Assembly: GCA_910592345.1 (NCBI GenBank)
Contig: CAJVPI010000228.1
Coordinates: 1-40,856, forward strand
Source of the DNA: Paraglomus brasilianum
Taxonomy: Eukaryota
Direction of reading: 5' to 3'
Length of the DNA stretch: 40,856 nucleotides
Made by a program: the position numbers and the translations under genes. Positions within the stretch are counted from its first letter, which is position 1, and each line of letters starts with the position of its first letter. Under the pieces are notes generated by a model. It saw only the letters and a list, made by a program, of their open reading frames with translations, was not told the origin of the DNA and made no database searches. Positions 13,330 through 25,532 of this stretch are shown piece by piece.

Positions 13330-14073
13330 ATGATCAACGAGCTTCGCTATCTCTTGCTGTTCGTTCTAATTATACAGTGCAAGTGTACGAAGAGCCTGGC
13401 AATCTTGCATTCTTTTGTTCCGCCTACTTCATGAATAATGGCTTTACGTACCCAGACGGCACAAGATTGATGCAATTGTTTGGCCATGACAACGTTAACG
13501 ATTTGTATATACGTCTGCTACATCCAAACGACACGTTGACAAAACTTGCTTTTTATGATACTGGTTTGTCCCAACAGTATGCAATGATTGGATATGCGCT
13601 TATAATTCAGGTAAAAAACAATGACAAATGTGTTTATGGGAAGTTGGTTGATTGGAGTGGGCGGTAAGAAATGAAGAGGGTTATAATTGTAGGACGTGTT
13701 AAAAACTCTGTTTGAATTAATACTGTATATTTTGATATTCATGAATAGTGACGGGATGCTTACTGACATTCCCGTCACCTTTAATTCGACAAATGTTACA
13801 ACAATTGCAAAAGCTAATGTCAACCCAAATAAGAGTTTTCTTGTAGCAGCTAAGGATAAGGATGTAGTTTTATGGAAAATCTTCAGCGCGCCCATTAAAA
13901 TTTGGTAATTTGTCCCATTCGATGAAGCATTAATTTAACCCCCCTGCTTTATTTTTCTATTTCGACATAGCAACAGCACGCGTCGAATAACCCAATTTTA
14001 CGAAGGCAGTCTTGCAGGAAATGATGACAAGAGTCTGATCCAACACGAAATCTTTCCCACCACAGAAGCATAG
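13330..14073 (+). pseudogene. Frameshifted, truncated three-exon gene for a putative secreted or cell-surface protein
   Basis: ATG at 13330 gives signal-peptide-like MINELRYLLLFVLIIQC in one frame, while the body YEEPGNLAFF...YPDGT...LYIRLLHPNDT...GKLVDWSG is in another. Two phase-2 introns (13664-13748, 13905-13970) keep the frame through ANVNPNKSFLV...W to IFPTTEA* (14071-14073). From memory the motifs recall an expanded Glomeromycota hypothetical family; not verified. Confidence 0.6.
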
Positions 14074-14586
14074 CCCTTTTACAAATTCACTGAAGATCCA
14101 CTCAATACTAAAGTATTCCACTCTTCTCCGCAATTGGCATCACAGTTCAACATACCTCATCTAACTTTGTAAGAAAAGTGTATCAAAGTTCACTTGTGTC
14201 AAATGGCGGAGTCTCTCCATACATAATTGCCGAACTTCAAATTTTGAACGCGGTACTGATACAATTAGATGTCTTGCCTAGTGATTGTCGGACCACATTA
14301 GTCGATTATCCGCCCGATCTTTAAATTAGCGCTTGGCTAAAAAGAAAAATATTCACGCACATCGAAAGTATTACTACTCTTGAGTTAAGACTTTATTCAA
14401 AATTACATTAGTATGCTAAAAGCTAATTCAACAACTTTATCGGAAGTCAGAATATAACCTTATTGGAGATAGGAATCAGAAAAATCTACGTATTTTGAAA
14501 GTGTAAGTCGATCGATTGATATTATGAACTACGGACATTGAGAATAACATTTACTTTTATCAAAGTCTTTTAACTCATCTAAAATA

Positions 14587-14766
14587 CTGTCACAATAAAT
14601 TTAGTGCGCGCTGAACCGAAACTTTAGCAGACTTTTGACGTTGATTTTAGACCTTTTTTACTTGAATACACATAGACATGTGTGATGTCCAGTTGATTAG
14701 ATCAAACTTAACACGTCAACTAAACACGTGTCACAAAACATTCCATCTCTAATTTCTTGTTCCCAG
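14587..14766. mobile_element. Degenerate Tc1-like MITE (about 180 bp)
   Basis: TA|CTGTCACAATAAATTTAG ... CTAATTTCTTGTTCCCAG|TA: imperfect inverted termini with TA flanks. Confidence 0.35.
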
Positions 14767-17700
14767 TATTAATTTACAGAGTCAAGAACAAGCTTCTTAC
14801 TCCCGAAGCTAGTACTGCCAATAACAACATTGAATGCTGTTTACAGTGTTGTCGAGCTTATAGAACATAACATATACGACGAACCTTATAAATTAATATA
14901 AAACATATTGACATACAACTCTTGTGTGAGTTTGATACAAGCATAAAGTAAATAAGCATAAATAAACCATTTCAGCAACAATAGTCTCCTTCTCAGTTCG
15001 CCAAGCATACCCGTATTGGATACAATGCAACATAGCAAAAATTACGCCCCGAAGAGGTGAAGGAAAGTAGTATCTAAATAAACCAAATACGCTTTAATGT
15101 CGTTTCGTAATAACATAAAGTAACAATACAACTTACCATATACTATCAGCGCACTTATTGCTTTTCTTTTATACACATTGTGCCTTTCAAGTAACAAACG
15201 CCCATTAATATAGTCAATAAAATACTCAAATCAGCTTCCGGTGATTGACAATCAAGCCAACTTGTTCAATAATTATAGCGAAAGTATTTGTTACATAGTC
15301 ATATTGTAGTCCTATGAGTTATAATGTCAGTATTAGTTATAGGACACCATTTAATATTAGAGTTGTAAGCCCAACTTACCACAAATTAATGTAGGGTTTC
15401 TCAGAAATGGTTTCGTTTTAAAACAAACACGGCATAAGAGCGTCAAGCCCTTTTATTTCACATTTACTTACTGTGCCTCTACTCTTGATCAACTCAAAAG
15501 TTGTCAGCGGTTCATGACTAGATAAAACATTACAAAAACTACCGCCGTTAAATAATATGCTTTGCGGGGTGTTGTTCAAAAAGCATACTAATTTATAGCT
15601 TTTGCCAAAATATTACGGAGGTTTTGTCCGTTATATAAAATAGCATTATTTAATTATATGCCCAATTATAATTGTGATATTAATAACAAACGCGCGCTTG
15701 ATAATCTAAATGATATATCACCGCTTTGTGATTCGCGTATTGTATAAACTTGAACAAACTTAACATAGCACTCGCGGATCCTCAGCCGCCTTATGTTGTC
15801 AGGGCCAATCTACTAACGTTTGTTATCTTCTTTATTTTAAATATTATATATTTCCCGTTATACAGTATGTTACGATATTAATATGCATATTCATATAGCA
15901 ACAATAAAATAACCAATAACAAATATAACACTGCCAACTGTTTGAATATTAAGGGATAAACGCGAGATTATCTATAAATGTTTTGCATGTAACCTTGTAT
16001 AAAATAATATACAAATAAGATTATTGAATGAGGCTATGCTTATCTTGGAGCGTGTAGAGTTTGCATGCTTAATAGGGGAAACAGGAGTGCGGCTGCAACA
16101 AAGAAAAAAAATTTTTTTCAAGGGGCTGTAAAATTTTAGCCACACGACTATTAAACCAATATGAGAATTAATTTGGCAATGTCATGTAGTATGAATACAA
16201 CAGTTACCGAATATTCACTGACTACATCTCTAAAACTTTGTATTTTCTCGTATAAATAACAATTTATTAAAGAAGAGGATATGCTTGCTGTATGCTCAAA
16301 TTAGTTATAGAAATAGGTGCTACTGTGACAATTGGAAAATTTTTCAAAGAATATGTAATGATTCAGCCACAGAACAGTAACACGCGCAATGTGTGCTATT
16401 AAATTTTTTCTTTTACAAAGGTTTTTGGACTTTGTACGACAATTTTACTCGCTTTGTTGCTCTGATAATAACCCGAGTCTTTAAGAACAAAGGAATAAAT
16501 AACTTTAGAAAAGCATAAAGTTTTGGCTATTAAATTTGATAAGAATTATCTTGAAGATATATAATTTTTTACTTTTTAACAAGTTTTTTATTTACTACAA
16601 CCAAACCATACAACCGTGTCATAATATGATGTAAGTCAAGGGTAAATATATTTTTATGTATCTATCTCTAAATATATACCAATACCCCCAAAAATGACGT
16701 ACTTTGCATATCAACATTTATGTAATTGCTTCTTTTCTTTTCTTTTCTTTTTGAATCAAGGCAACGTATCCATGATTATACATAATTACGGATATGTGTT
16801 TACAAAGCCATTCATGCTTTCTAGAATAGTCATTTAAAGGTACTAAGATTGATTTTCGATAACGTAAATTTTTATTTTTAATCTGCATTTATATGCCAAG
16901 TTAACTTCAACACTATCTACCTAAGTAATACGACACGCTTAGTGAAAGAAGAGAATAGTGTGTTAAAAATAACCGTAGGATTTAGGGTGAGTGAAGATAA
17001 GGCTTCGGATATCGATCTCGTGCAATGGGATGGATATAAATACGTCGTATAACATTATACTATCGACTCTTTGTGCAAATGGCGTACTTAACAATATACT
17101 TTTGGCAATAATTGCATGGTATCATTGCATTACTATTCTAATGAAATAGGTACCACAATAAATTGAAGGGATTTTTTTCTTTTTTGGAAATTAATATGCC
17201 CATAATGAGGTTCATTCGAACGACACACATTATTGTTTTGGAGGGCAAAAATGCCACAATTATCTATTACCAAATAAATAATCAGGTGGTTATTCGAATC
17301 TTCTATCTAAAAAGCTTTTAATATTTACTCTGGCTACAGTAATCTGCTCACCGCATACTCGCACAAACATTACAACAAAACAACGTTGTGACATACGTTT
17401 ATAAGAGATGTTTTTTGAAGGTAATTAACATTTGAATGACAGTAAGGAAAGTCAATCTACCACTCTTAAAAGTGTAATGTTCTGAAAGGAGGTTTTGCTT
17501 TAGTTCAAGTGGTTTGTGGGGATGATGTTCTCTGAGGTTGTCAGAGTATGAAAATGGCAAATGAAGTCTCTGTTGCAGCGATGAGGTCTAAAGCTGATAA
17601 TAAACTTTGTCGAATCGAGATTATGTACCTGTTTAAAACTAATATTTCACTATTGTTTGAAAAGACTGGTATAATAACATGCGGCACTTAACTTGTATAG

Positions 17701-18936
17701 GTATAGCGTATTCGACATTGTATTGCATCTGTGGCGCAGAACAGCGATCGAAATACCTATATCAACGCTTTTTTGACAAAACTAGACATGAGTGATCTTT
17801 GTTGAAATAGCAAGCCAGCTCAGCTCTGCTTCATGAATAATTGTTGGGTGCGCTCAGTTTTGACGCACTCCGGCGTACTATACATTATTCCAATACTAAA
17901 AAGACGAAAAGAGATATCACTAATTCACAACTTTCTGTAATATTAAGAGGTTAGCGGACAAGCGAGCTTCTTTATAGCTATCATCAGTAATAGAACCGTA
18001 GTTATCAGGTGAGAAGGAGAATCGTACAAACTAAAGGATGCCGGACCAGCCCATAATTGTTATATAAAACGCATATTTGCAGTCGTGAAGGAAAATATTG
18101 CAACTGTTAACTGCGCTATGAGTATGACTATAAAAAACTGATTTCTGTCTTTCTTTGACAGACAAATGCACATTCAATATCGTTATTGCGCTAGTGAAAA
18201 GATAAAAATATCGGGATATGCGTATTAGACGATAACTGACTTACGAGTCAATAAAAAAGTAAGTGACATAAATCTAATTCGATTTTCTTTAGTAACGTTA
18301 TTATAAAAAATTGAATGTATTTATATTTAGAGATTAGTGACAGAGAATCAAGTCAATTCATTATGCTATGCAAGAAAGATGGTACAGTTGATGAAACGAT
18401 GACAATGTTGTATATGACAAATTACCCCTTAGCGGTATATTACACCTTCGTATGCAATTGGAATATTCTCTGCAATGGGATAGATTATTATATTATTTTA
18501 TGTATTGGACTTCCTCCTTTGCGTATACAGTATATTCGGGAACTGAGAAATAGTATCAGGGACAGTGTGTTTGACGATCATAGGGCAATCTGCACTGTCG
18601 ATCAATGCATAGTTGAGCCATTGTTTCTGGATGAAGTATGTCATAATTATTTACTTGCACTTATAAGACTCAAGCTATCACGATTCGATTTATTATATAA
18701 TTACTGTAACAACGGCAAGGTTTCATCGTCTATCGTTTTTATGTTTGCTTAAGCCACAATTACACTATCTTACCGTCTCGCACAATTTAAAGCATGAATC
18801 ATTTTGATAAAACTAGCGCAGAGAGATAACCAATTATTGCCCACCGAATAAGATCAGCCGAACCGCGAAATTATTAATCGATTTCAAGCTAATTTCTGAA
18901 TTTGTCGCTGTTTTCAATTTTTTCAAACTATGATTA

Positions 18937-19104
18937 CAAGTGAGTCTCGATATAGCGACACTGTTATATAATGACCCTCGTTATAATAACAGAAATCTTA
19001 GAACGAAAATTTTATATTGCAAGTTAATTCTAGATATAAGGACATCTCGATATAGTGACCAATTGGATTGGAACCGAGCGTGTTGTTATATCGAGACTCA
19101 CTTG
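18937..19104. mobile_element. pogo/Tigger-like MITE (168 bp)
   Basis: 24-bp TIR CAAGTGAGTCTCGATATAGCGACA versus the reverse complement at 19081-19104 (2 mismatches). TA on both sides; internal CTCGATATA/CTCGTTATA repeats. Confidence 0.9.
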
Positions 19105-19379
19105 TACTGGATTTCATATCCGACTTTTCAGAAACAGCTGCTTGGTTTGAATTAGTGCTGTACAATCAATTTGAAGTTTGGAATTGAAATATTAATATGT
19201 CAGTTTTAAATATTAATCGAAATACCGCATATTGAAAAAGTCAAATAATAATATTGTATTTTCAAGATTAATGAATAGCAGACAAGTTGTTAAAAAGACT
19301 GGAGTTAAGCTTAGATCGGTTCCACGATATAAAACTGTATTAACATTTCTGCAAAATAGAAACTTTCTTTCACAATGAT

Positions 19380-20943
19380 GTGTACCCTCTTTTTAACTGG
19401 AATGTTGCTTGTAAATGTGTTATAATGTCTTGACAAGCATTCTCCTAGTGAATTTGAGACAACCAAATTTACGTATCATACATAGAAAACATAGCTGCGG
19501 AGTATAAATAATCTCAACTTTCCCAAAAGTATAGTCACTCTGGTTATATCGGACTGGCATAAACAGACTTGGATCAATTTTGCTGTACATTAAATATAAC
19601 GGCCAAATGACGACTCTGTTTACAAAAATTGCATTCGTTTTTTTGACTGGGCTTTATAGTCTATTTCTTTATAATATATAAAAATTATTATTATTGCAAC
19701 TAATAATACTTACATTCATTCTATGAACAACAAATTTGTGTGAAAAAGGCTAAGAAGTTGTACGGCATGCAAGTGAAGAATTGCAAGAGTTTATCAACAG
19801 AAATACACATACGATGGATGATTTAAAAAGAATCTGGAAAGACACCATTGAATACATAAGTCAACACACTCCAACACCAATACCGGACGTCCCAACTGAT
19901 GGTTATTATGAATCATTATTAGTAAAGAATAAACTTGAGTACGTATATGTAGGTTTTTAAACTTCTCAGTTAGTCAAATGTAAATTTTAATAAAACGCTT
20001 TCAATTTTTTCAGAGACACTGTCGCGCGCTTGAAAGCTAAGGCAAGACATGAAAATGCTCCGACAATGATAGCAGCTAAGCTAGATTTGGAGGATGCAAT
20101 AAAGTCAGTAGAGGAATTGGAACGACTTCCACAAGTCAGTAATAGGTTTCTACCAGGTACCGCTGAATATCAGCAGATGTAATTAGAATGCTCTGAGAAG
20201 AACATAAGGATACAGCAGGGTTTGCTTTGGTATTTGGTTCGCTGTAGACATGCGGAACGAGAGAGATTGTATAAACGTATCGGTAGCTATTATATTTTCC
20301 GCTTGAATGGCTTTCAGTTATGTACCTTTTTCAACCCACATTTTTCGCTGGTTTTAATAGGTACAAAATTAGCAATGCGGATAAATGAACGTATAAAAAA
20401 AACCAATGAGAAGATTAAAGAAAATTCAATAATCTTGTGAAGGCTGTCCCCGGAACAAGATATAAAGAAATTCAGAATTGGGAGAGCATTTTGTCAGATA
20501 GACGACGAGTATTGGATCAGTTATCTCGATAGTATTGCGTTTCCAGCAATGGATGCTGATGTATGAAAAGCATTACGTAACCTAAACTCGTTGGACCGCG
20601 CGTTTGAAGAAATTGAAAGAGCCAAAATCGAAATGACAAGAATGAAAGAATATTTATCTCAGAGGTTAGACGCTATTAATAGTGCCATGGAGAATTTGAA
20701 CGATGCAGATGGTGAAGATAAAGCGTTGATGAATGGTTGCCTAGTGTGGTTACGGAAAGAGAAGATGTAGTTTTGGAGATGACTGGAGACGTAAACAAGG
20801 TATTTGGTGAGTCAAACACGGATAATGTGGCAAGGGAAGACGAAATAGAAAACTATTTGTATGAAGGAGAGGTTAGTATAGACTTTAATGACATAGATGA
20901 GACTATGTACGAATATGGTGAAAACGAACATAAACATAAATAA
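19380..20943 (+). pseudogene. Decayed intron-containing KDZ (Kyakuja-Dileera-Zisupton)-like transposase, C-terminal portion
   Basis: Fragments in order: WNVACK (YDIACK-like, about 19398); ...FLPGTAEYQQM*...RERLYKRI, intron 20283-20360, GTKLAMRINERIKK...; then ALRNLNSLDRAFEEIERAKIEMTRM (about 20570-20645) and an acidic tail. GTKL and RAxEEIxR.xxEM recall KDZ/CxC transposase tails. Multiple stops and frameshifts. Confidence 0.6.
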
Positions 20944-21224
20944 AGCTTCCTTAGTAAGGAATATGAAATTGAAACAAGCAAGACGAATTATCGTTATGTC
21001 TTATTAGTCCAATGCATCGTTGTACATTGTGCCACCTGTCTACCTAATACTAATACTTTGTGGTGCACCATATTGAATTTAGCTGGTGCACTAATACTAG
21101 CGGTCCGTCGTCCAAACTGATCGAATCATGTAACCAAAAATCGGATGACCAAAATCATATGATCCTCATCTGCTACAACCAATCACTATTCTACATTTTT
21201 ATCACGTGACAAAACTTCGGTGCG

Positions 21225-21301
21225 ATTATATAACGAGGGAATTTTACTATTTAAAAAACGGGGGAGCCAGAATTCCTTCGGTATAACGAGGTTCGACTGT
21301 A
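21225..21301 (-). mobile_element. Solo pogo/Tigger-like MITE end
   Basis: Reverse complement reads TA|CAGTCGAACCTCGTTATACCGAAGG, a Tigger-type terminus. Related degenerate sequence at about 6290-6390. Confidence 0.6.
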
Positions 21302-21370
21302 ATCAGCCAGAAACTTTTTGTTTCACATATGCTCACAACCAATAAGCGACATGCGAGACATCTACATTGA

Positions 21371-21590
21371 TAATCGAGTATTTATCGCCGCTTTTACCGT
21401 GATCTGCAAAGTTCGGATCTTTTTAATATTAAGAGAGTTGTCCAGAAATACATGTTTATTATTGGTCATAAATCAAAAAATCATACTTGTCTAATAATTA
21501 ACCTAAATCACCGTGATGATAATCCGAATTGTTACGGGTAAAAGCGGTATATTAATATGACGGTGAAAGCGGCGGATAAATACTCGATTA
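21371..21590. mobile_element. MITE with about 30-bp TIRs (220 bp including terminal TA)
   Basis: TAATCGAGTATTTATCGCCGCTTTTACCGT at 21371 and ACGGTGAAAGCGGCGGATAAATACTCGATTA ending at 21590. Confidence 0.85.
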
Positions 21591-22082
21591 TAAATATTCG
21601 CACCCCCTTATTATGTTTAAGAACAAACACTGAAGACAAAAATACGTTTAGGCTATTGTCAAAACCCCACCAGATTTATTTTTACCTAGATCAACTATTG
21701 ACAAAAGTGACTTCGAAATGATAGTTGAGAAATTTTTTGGGTACAATTTTTTAGACTTTTGGAATTTGGGTTTATAGAGAGTATATGTAGGTTCGGAGCT
21801 TGAAAGAGGACCCAAGAAGACACCAAATTTCGGTTTAATTCGTATCGGAATAGAATCAAGTAGCACACGCAGCTTTATAATCAACAGATGCTCTGTAAAT
21901 CTGGCGATAAGATCTCGGAATAGTTTTTTATTAATGGGTGATTCAATTTTGAGTGAAGGATTAATTAATTCAAGACATAAGCACTTCATTATATGATTGT
22001 TTAAATTATGACGAGTATATTTATTAAATTCATATGACTTGTCTTATAGATGCATAATAACAATAACCGCAAGTTATTAATT

Positions 22083-22520
22083 TTAATACCAGTTAAGAGT
22101 TGCAGTTGTTAGGTTGGTTGAGGTTAACGCCGTTGCAAAGAATTTGGCATAATCTCCCAACTCCTCTGTAGTCTAAGAATTTATAGTTGTATTAACATTA
22201 AATGCTGTTCTAATAACGCAAACTTGTTTGTCTTAAACTTACCATTTGTGCGAGCTCTTCTCTGCCAATACGATAATTTACTACAGTTTTACACTCATCT
22301 ACAATATCGGCCGACTTTTCTAACATGACAGAAAGCTGTTCCTCTTTGTAGTCTGCACCTTCTTCTGCCATTCTTCGTTTTTTCGGATGCTCCACCACCA
22401 TGATAGGGTTATTTCCTGTAAAATCTAACTCTTTAGGAACTGTTCTACGTTTTCGACCGCGCCGCAATCTTGAAAAAGACTTTAAACCTTTGTTGAGTAT
22501 TTTGAAGACATATTGGACAT
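22083..22520 (-). CDS. LDF-family copy C (main exon ending at 22243, last exon 22172-22083); own start frameshifted, possibly used as exons 2-3 of copy B
   Basis: KILNKGLKSFSRLRRGRKRRTVPKELDFTGNNPIMVVEHP...LSVMLEKSADIVDE...IGREELAQM, then intron GTAAGT...TAG (22242-22173, 70 nt), then TTEELGDYAKFFATALTSTNLTTATLNWY*. Upstream MSNMS (ATG at 22520) matches copy A's MPNMP but is one base out of frame. Confidence 0.7.
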
Positions 22521-22547
22521 GAACTCCGACAGATAGGTAATGCTTAC

Positions 22548-22817
22548 CATAGTCGCTAACTCCTTCTTATCAATAGCATCCTTTGCAACAAATCCTATGT
22601 TGTTTTCATTGGGGTCTCCGGCGTGGACCAATTCTTTCGACAGATTTTCCAAATTATCTATGGAGTTTTCCAAACTGGTTGTTACAGGTAACATTTTTTC
22701 ACCGACTTTTTCGGTTTTCCTTTCAGTCAACATGACTGTAATTTTATCCGTAAAGTCTAAATTTGCAAAAGTCTTTGACTTGCGTCCAGGTTTACGGTGC
22801 GTAATCAACGCTGACAT
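22548..22817 (-). CDS. LDF-family copy B, first exon (90 aa); no private second exon found
   Basis: MSALITHRKPGRKSKTFANLDFTDKITVMLTERK...VTTSLENSIDNLENLSKELV...IDKKELATM followed by donor GTAAGC at 22547, the same position as in copies A and C. Confidence 0.75.
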
Positions 22818-22841
22818 AGTAAATTGGACTGCCGGTCGGAC

Positions 22842-22852
22842 GTATTTATATA
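22842..22852 (-). promoter_or_regulatory. TATA box of LDF-family copy B
   Basis: Minus strand TATATAAATAC, 24 nt upstream of the ATG at 22817. Confidence 0.6.
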
Positions 22853-22931
22853 CAGTTGACTCTCCCTAAATGCGCATCCCCTAAATGCATGCTCTCCCTA
22901 AGCCTGTGGTTAAGACCTCGGGACTTAGTAC

Positions 22932-23577
22932 TTAAATGCACACTCTCTATAGCTCGACAAGTCAGTCTCGCATGATAGACCGACTTTTAAATATTAAAAT
23001 GGCCGAGACTTAGGCCAAATTGAATAATCGAGAGACCGATTAATCGCGTGTTCTGCACTTGCAATGGATTTTAATAATCCCGGCTATACGAGAATAATTC
23101 TCTACAATACAAACTCGTTAAGTCGGTCACGCATGATGGACCGACTTTTAAATATTAAAAGGGCCGAGACTTAGCATTAGGCCGATTAATCGCGTGTTCT
23201 GCACTTGCAATGGTTTTAATAATCCCGGCTATATGAGAATAATTCTCTACATGCAAACTCGTTAAGTCGGTCATGCATGATGGACTGACTTATCAAGGAA
23301 TTTAAATATTAATATTGAGAAAAAGGGCCGAGGCTTAAGCCAAATAATCAAGAGACCGATTAATCGCGTATTCTGCACTTATCATACGTTGTAATTGTCA
23401 ATATTCGATTCAAACTTAAATGCACACTCTCTACACAGTACAAACTCGATAAGTCGGTCATGCATGGTAGACCGACTTATCAAGGGATTTAAATATTAAT
23501 ATTGAAAAAAGAGGCCGAGACTTTGAATAATAGAGAGACCGATTAATTGCGTGTTCTGCATTTGCAATGGATTTGTA
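22932..23577. repeat. Tandem array of four imperfect units of about 145-190 bp, each with a hairpin; probably MITE-derived
   Basis: Hairpin AAGTCGGTC-loop-GACCGACTT (variants) begins at about 22959, 23120, 23264 and 23451. Each is followed by TTTAAATATTAA, GGCCGAG.CTT and CCGATTAAT.GCGT.TTCTGCA.TT. Confidence 0.9.
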
Positions 23578-23757
23578 CCCTTTGTCTATGCTGGTTTCAA
23601 ACAAAAGTTCAGGGTTGAAACATATTATAGACACTTAATTAGTCGGAGCTTTTTTTCTCCCCCCCAAAGTTTTTGAGGCTGTGTCGGAATTGCGTCTTTA
23701 AAACAACCCATTTATTAATATATAAAAAAAAAACACTTTAAGCTTTGGACAGTTTTA

Positions 23758-24220
23758 CACTCCCCTGCCAAGTACAAATGCGACACAAGATTTACTAGTA
23801 AAACATATTATTATGAAATATCGAATTTTTTAAGTCGCCAGTTCTCCATATTATTTTAAACAAGTACCAGTAAACTTTATTATTCGTTATTTTAAGCTAA
23901 ATGATTATAGTTTTAATTGAGATATACGCAATTTTAAAATATTAACGCTTGTCGTATGTACCCCGTCAAAAGTGTAGATACGATTTATGTCGATCATTAA
24001 TATTAATTAAGCAAGTAAAGCTTTCGTTTCCTCCTCACACTGTAACAGTAATATCTTAAAATTGCTGATATTTCTCAAACAATTATTTAGTTTCAAAATG
24101 ACATAAATTTTACTGGTACTTGTTTAAAATAATATGAAAAATTGGCGACTTAAAAAATTCGATATTTCATATGTTTTACTAGTAAAATCGTGTGTCGCAT
24201 TTATACTTGGCAGGGTCGTG
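23758..24220. mobile_element. Tc1-like foldback MITE (463 bp) with about 120-bp TIRs
   Basis: TA|CACTCCCCTGCCAAGTACAAATGCGACAC...AAACAAGTACCAGTAAA (23758 to about 23880) is inverted at about 24103-24220 ...TTGGCAGGGTCGTG|TA. Confidence 0.9.
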
Positions 24221-25299
24221 TAATCACGTGATAATTTAATTTCTGATTTGCATAATAACCGGGTTTTTAGCCTGCTTGCAGAGTACTGTATTTTAGTCAG
24301 CGCTCTACAGTAATTTGACAACAAAAATTAATGTGATTAAAAGCACAAGAGTTAATTTAATTTCGGACAAAACTCTTACATTTTACAAAAAAAAAATCTT
24401 TAAATTTTGCCTGGTCTTTAGGTCGCGTTCTAAACAATTATATTTTACTTCATGTTCAGAAATCTACAGTACATTTGAAACTAAATAATATTATATTAAT
24501 TAATCCAAATAAGTCTATTAAATTTGTGCCAGGTGTTGGGATCTCAAGCAAATCTCTTTGTTAATTAATAGGATAAAATTATTAAATCTGTTAAATATAC
24601 AAATCAAATTAACGATAAGTACTTAAGTAAATTTGCTGAGCTTTTTGTCCATTCAAAACCAATATAATGGTCAACGAAATGATTAGCATTATTGGATAAA
24701 TGTGAATTAAAAAACTTATTGATTACTTTAATGTTGTTTAATTGTTAATACAGTATATATTTATTCTTCCAGTGAGTAGGCGGTTAAAATTTAGAATCTT
24801 TAAGCAACGCGATAAATATATTTTTCTACAACTAAATACACGTAAAACAGTTTATATTAAAAAGTCTCTATCATCACTGTCACATATCAATCCCGTTCAA
24901 ACAAAACATCAACATGTTTGGATAATAAATTAGAATCCGGATCTAATCATATTCAAGGACCTATCATATTAAGAAACAATATCAAAGAAATAAATTGTTT
25001 TCTTTAAAGCTGACTGGTTCTCCCCCTTTTTTCATCACTAATTTATGAAACAGTTGTTATACGCAATTTAAGAAACACATAACCATACTTGTCTGAGAAA
25101 GAACCAATAAGTTGAATTATATAATTAAGGAGATTGTTTCTAAAATCTATTGATTTCTAACAATACTACTTCATTTTAAGCTGCATTTACAGAAGTAAAA
25201 TATATTTATTTAAATGAATAAGACAAGAAAGTATTGTACAATAAGAAGCGTCGGTGATTATGCAATCAGCCGCAATGATTCGCAAATCTTCCCTTTTTT

Positions 25300-25410
25300 A
25301 GGGGTAGGCTAAAGCGGAATAGTTTTTTTACAATTTCATTGGTTGATATACAAATTTGACCAATGTAATTGCAAGAATCAAGTCACGTTCTACTCCGCTT
25401 TAGCCATCCT
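25300..25410. mobile_element. Small MITE (about 110 bp)
   Basis: GGCTAAAGCGGAATAG (25307-25322) and CTACTCCGCTTTAGCC (25390-25405) form an inverted pair. Confidence 0.65.
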
Positions 25411-25532
25411 CCTTTTTTATCGCTAAAATAAAACCGGTTTTCTACCGGTAATATACGCTCCATTCAAATAAGGCATTTTTAAATATGTATGGATAAAATA
25501 TTTCGCTAAATACCGCATCGTTTATATCATTG

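Noticed and set aside
13518..13895. 125-aa minus-strand ORF with a hydrophobic stretch
   Set aside because: Antisense to the spliced plus-strand pseudogene and runs through its intron.
18315..18752. Longest ORF in the window (145 aa)
   Set aside because: No recognisable motif and a Tyr/Cys/Ile-rich composition typical of AT-rich chance or decayed sequence; it cannot be supported without a search.
22470..22520. Programmed -1 ribosomal frameshift restoring LDF copy C
   Set aside because: No X XXY YYZ slippery heptamer in the required frame; splicing or a simple indel explains it better.
22540..22869. 109-aa plus-strand ORF
   Set aside because: Antisense shadow of LDF copy B.
22932..23577. 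CRISPR-like array (palindromic repeats at intervals)
   Set aside because: The intervening sequences are homologous to one another rather than unique spacers, the periods are long and irregular, there are no cas genes, and the context is eukaryotic.
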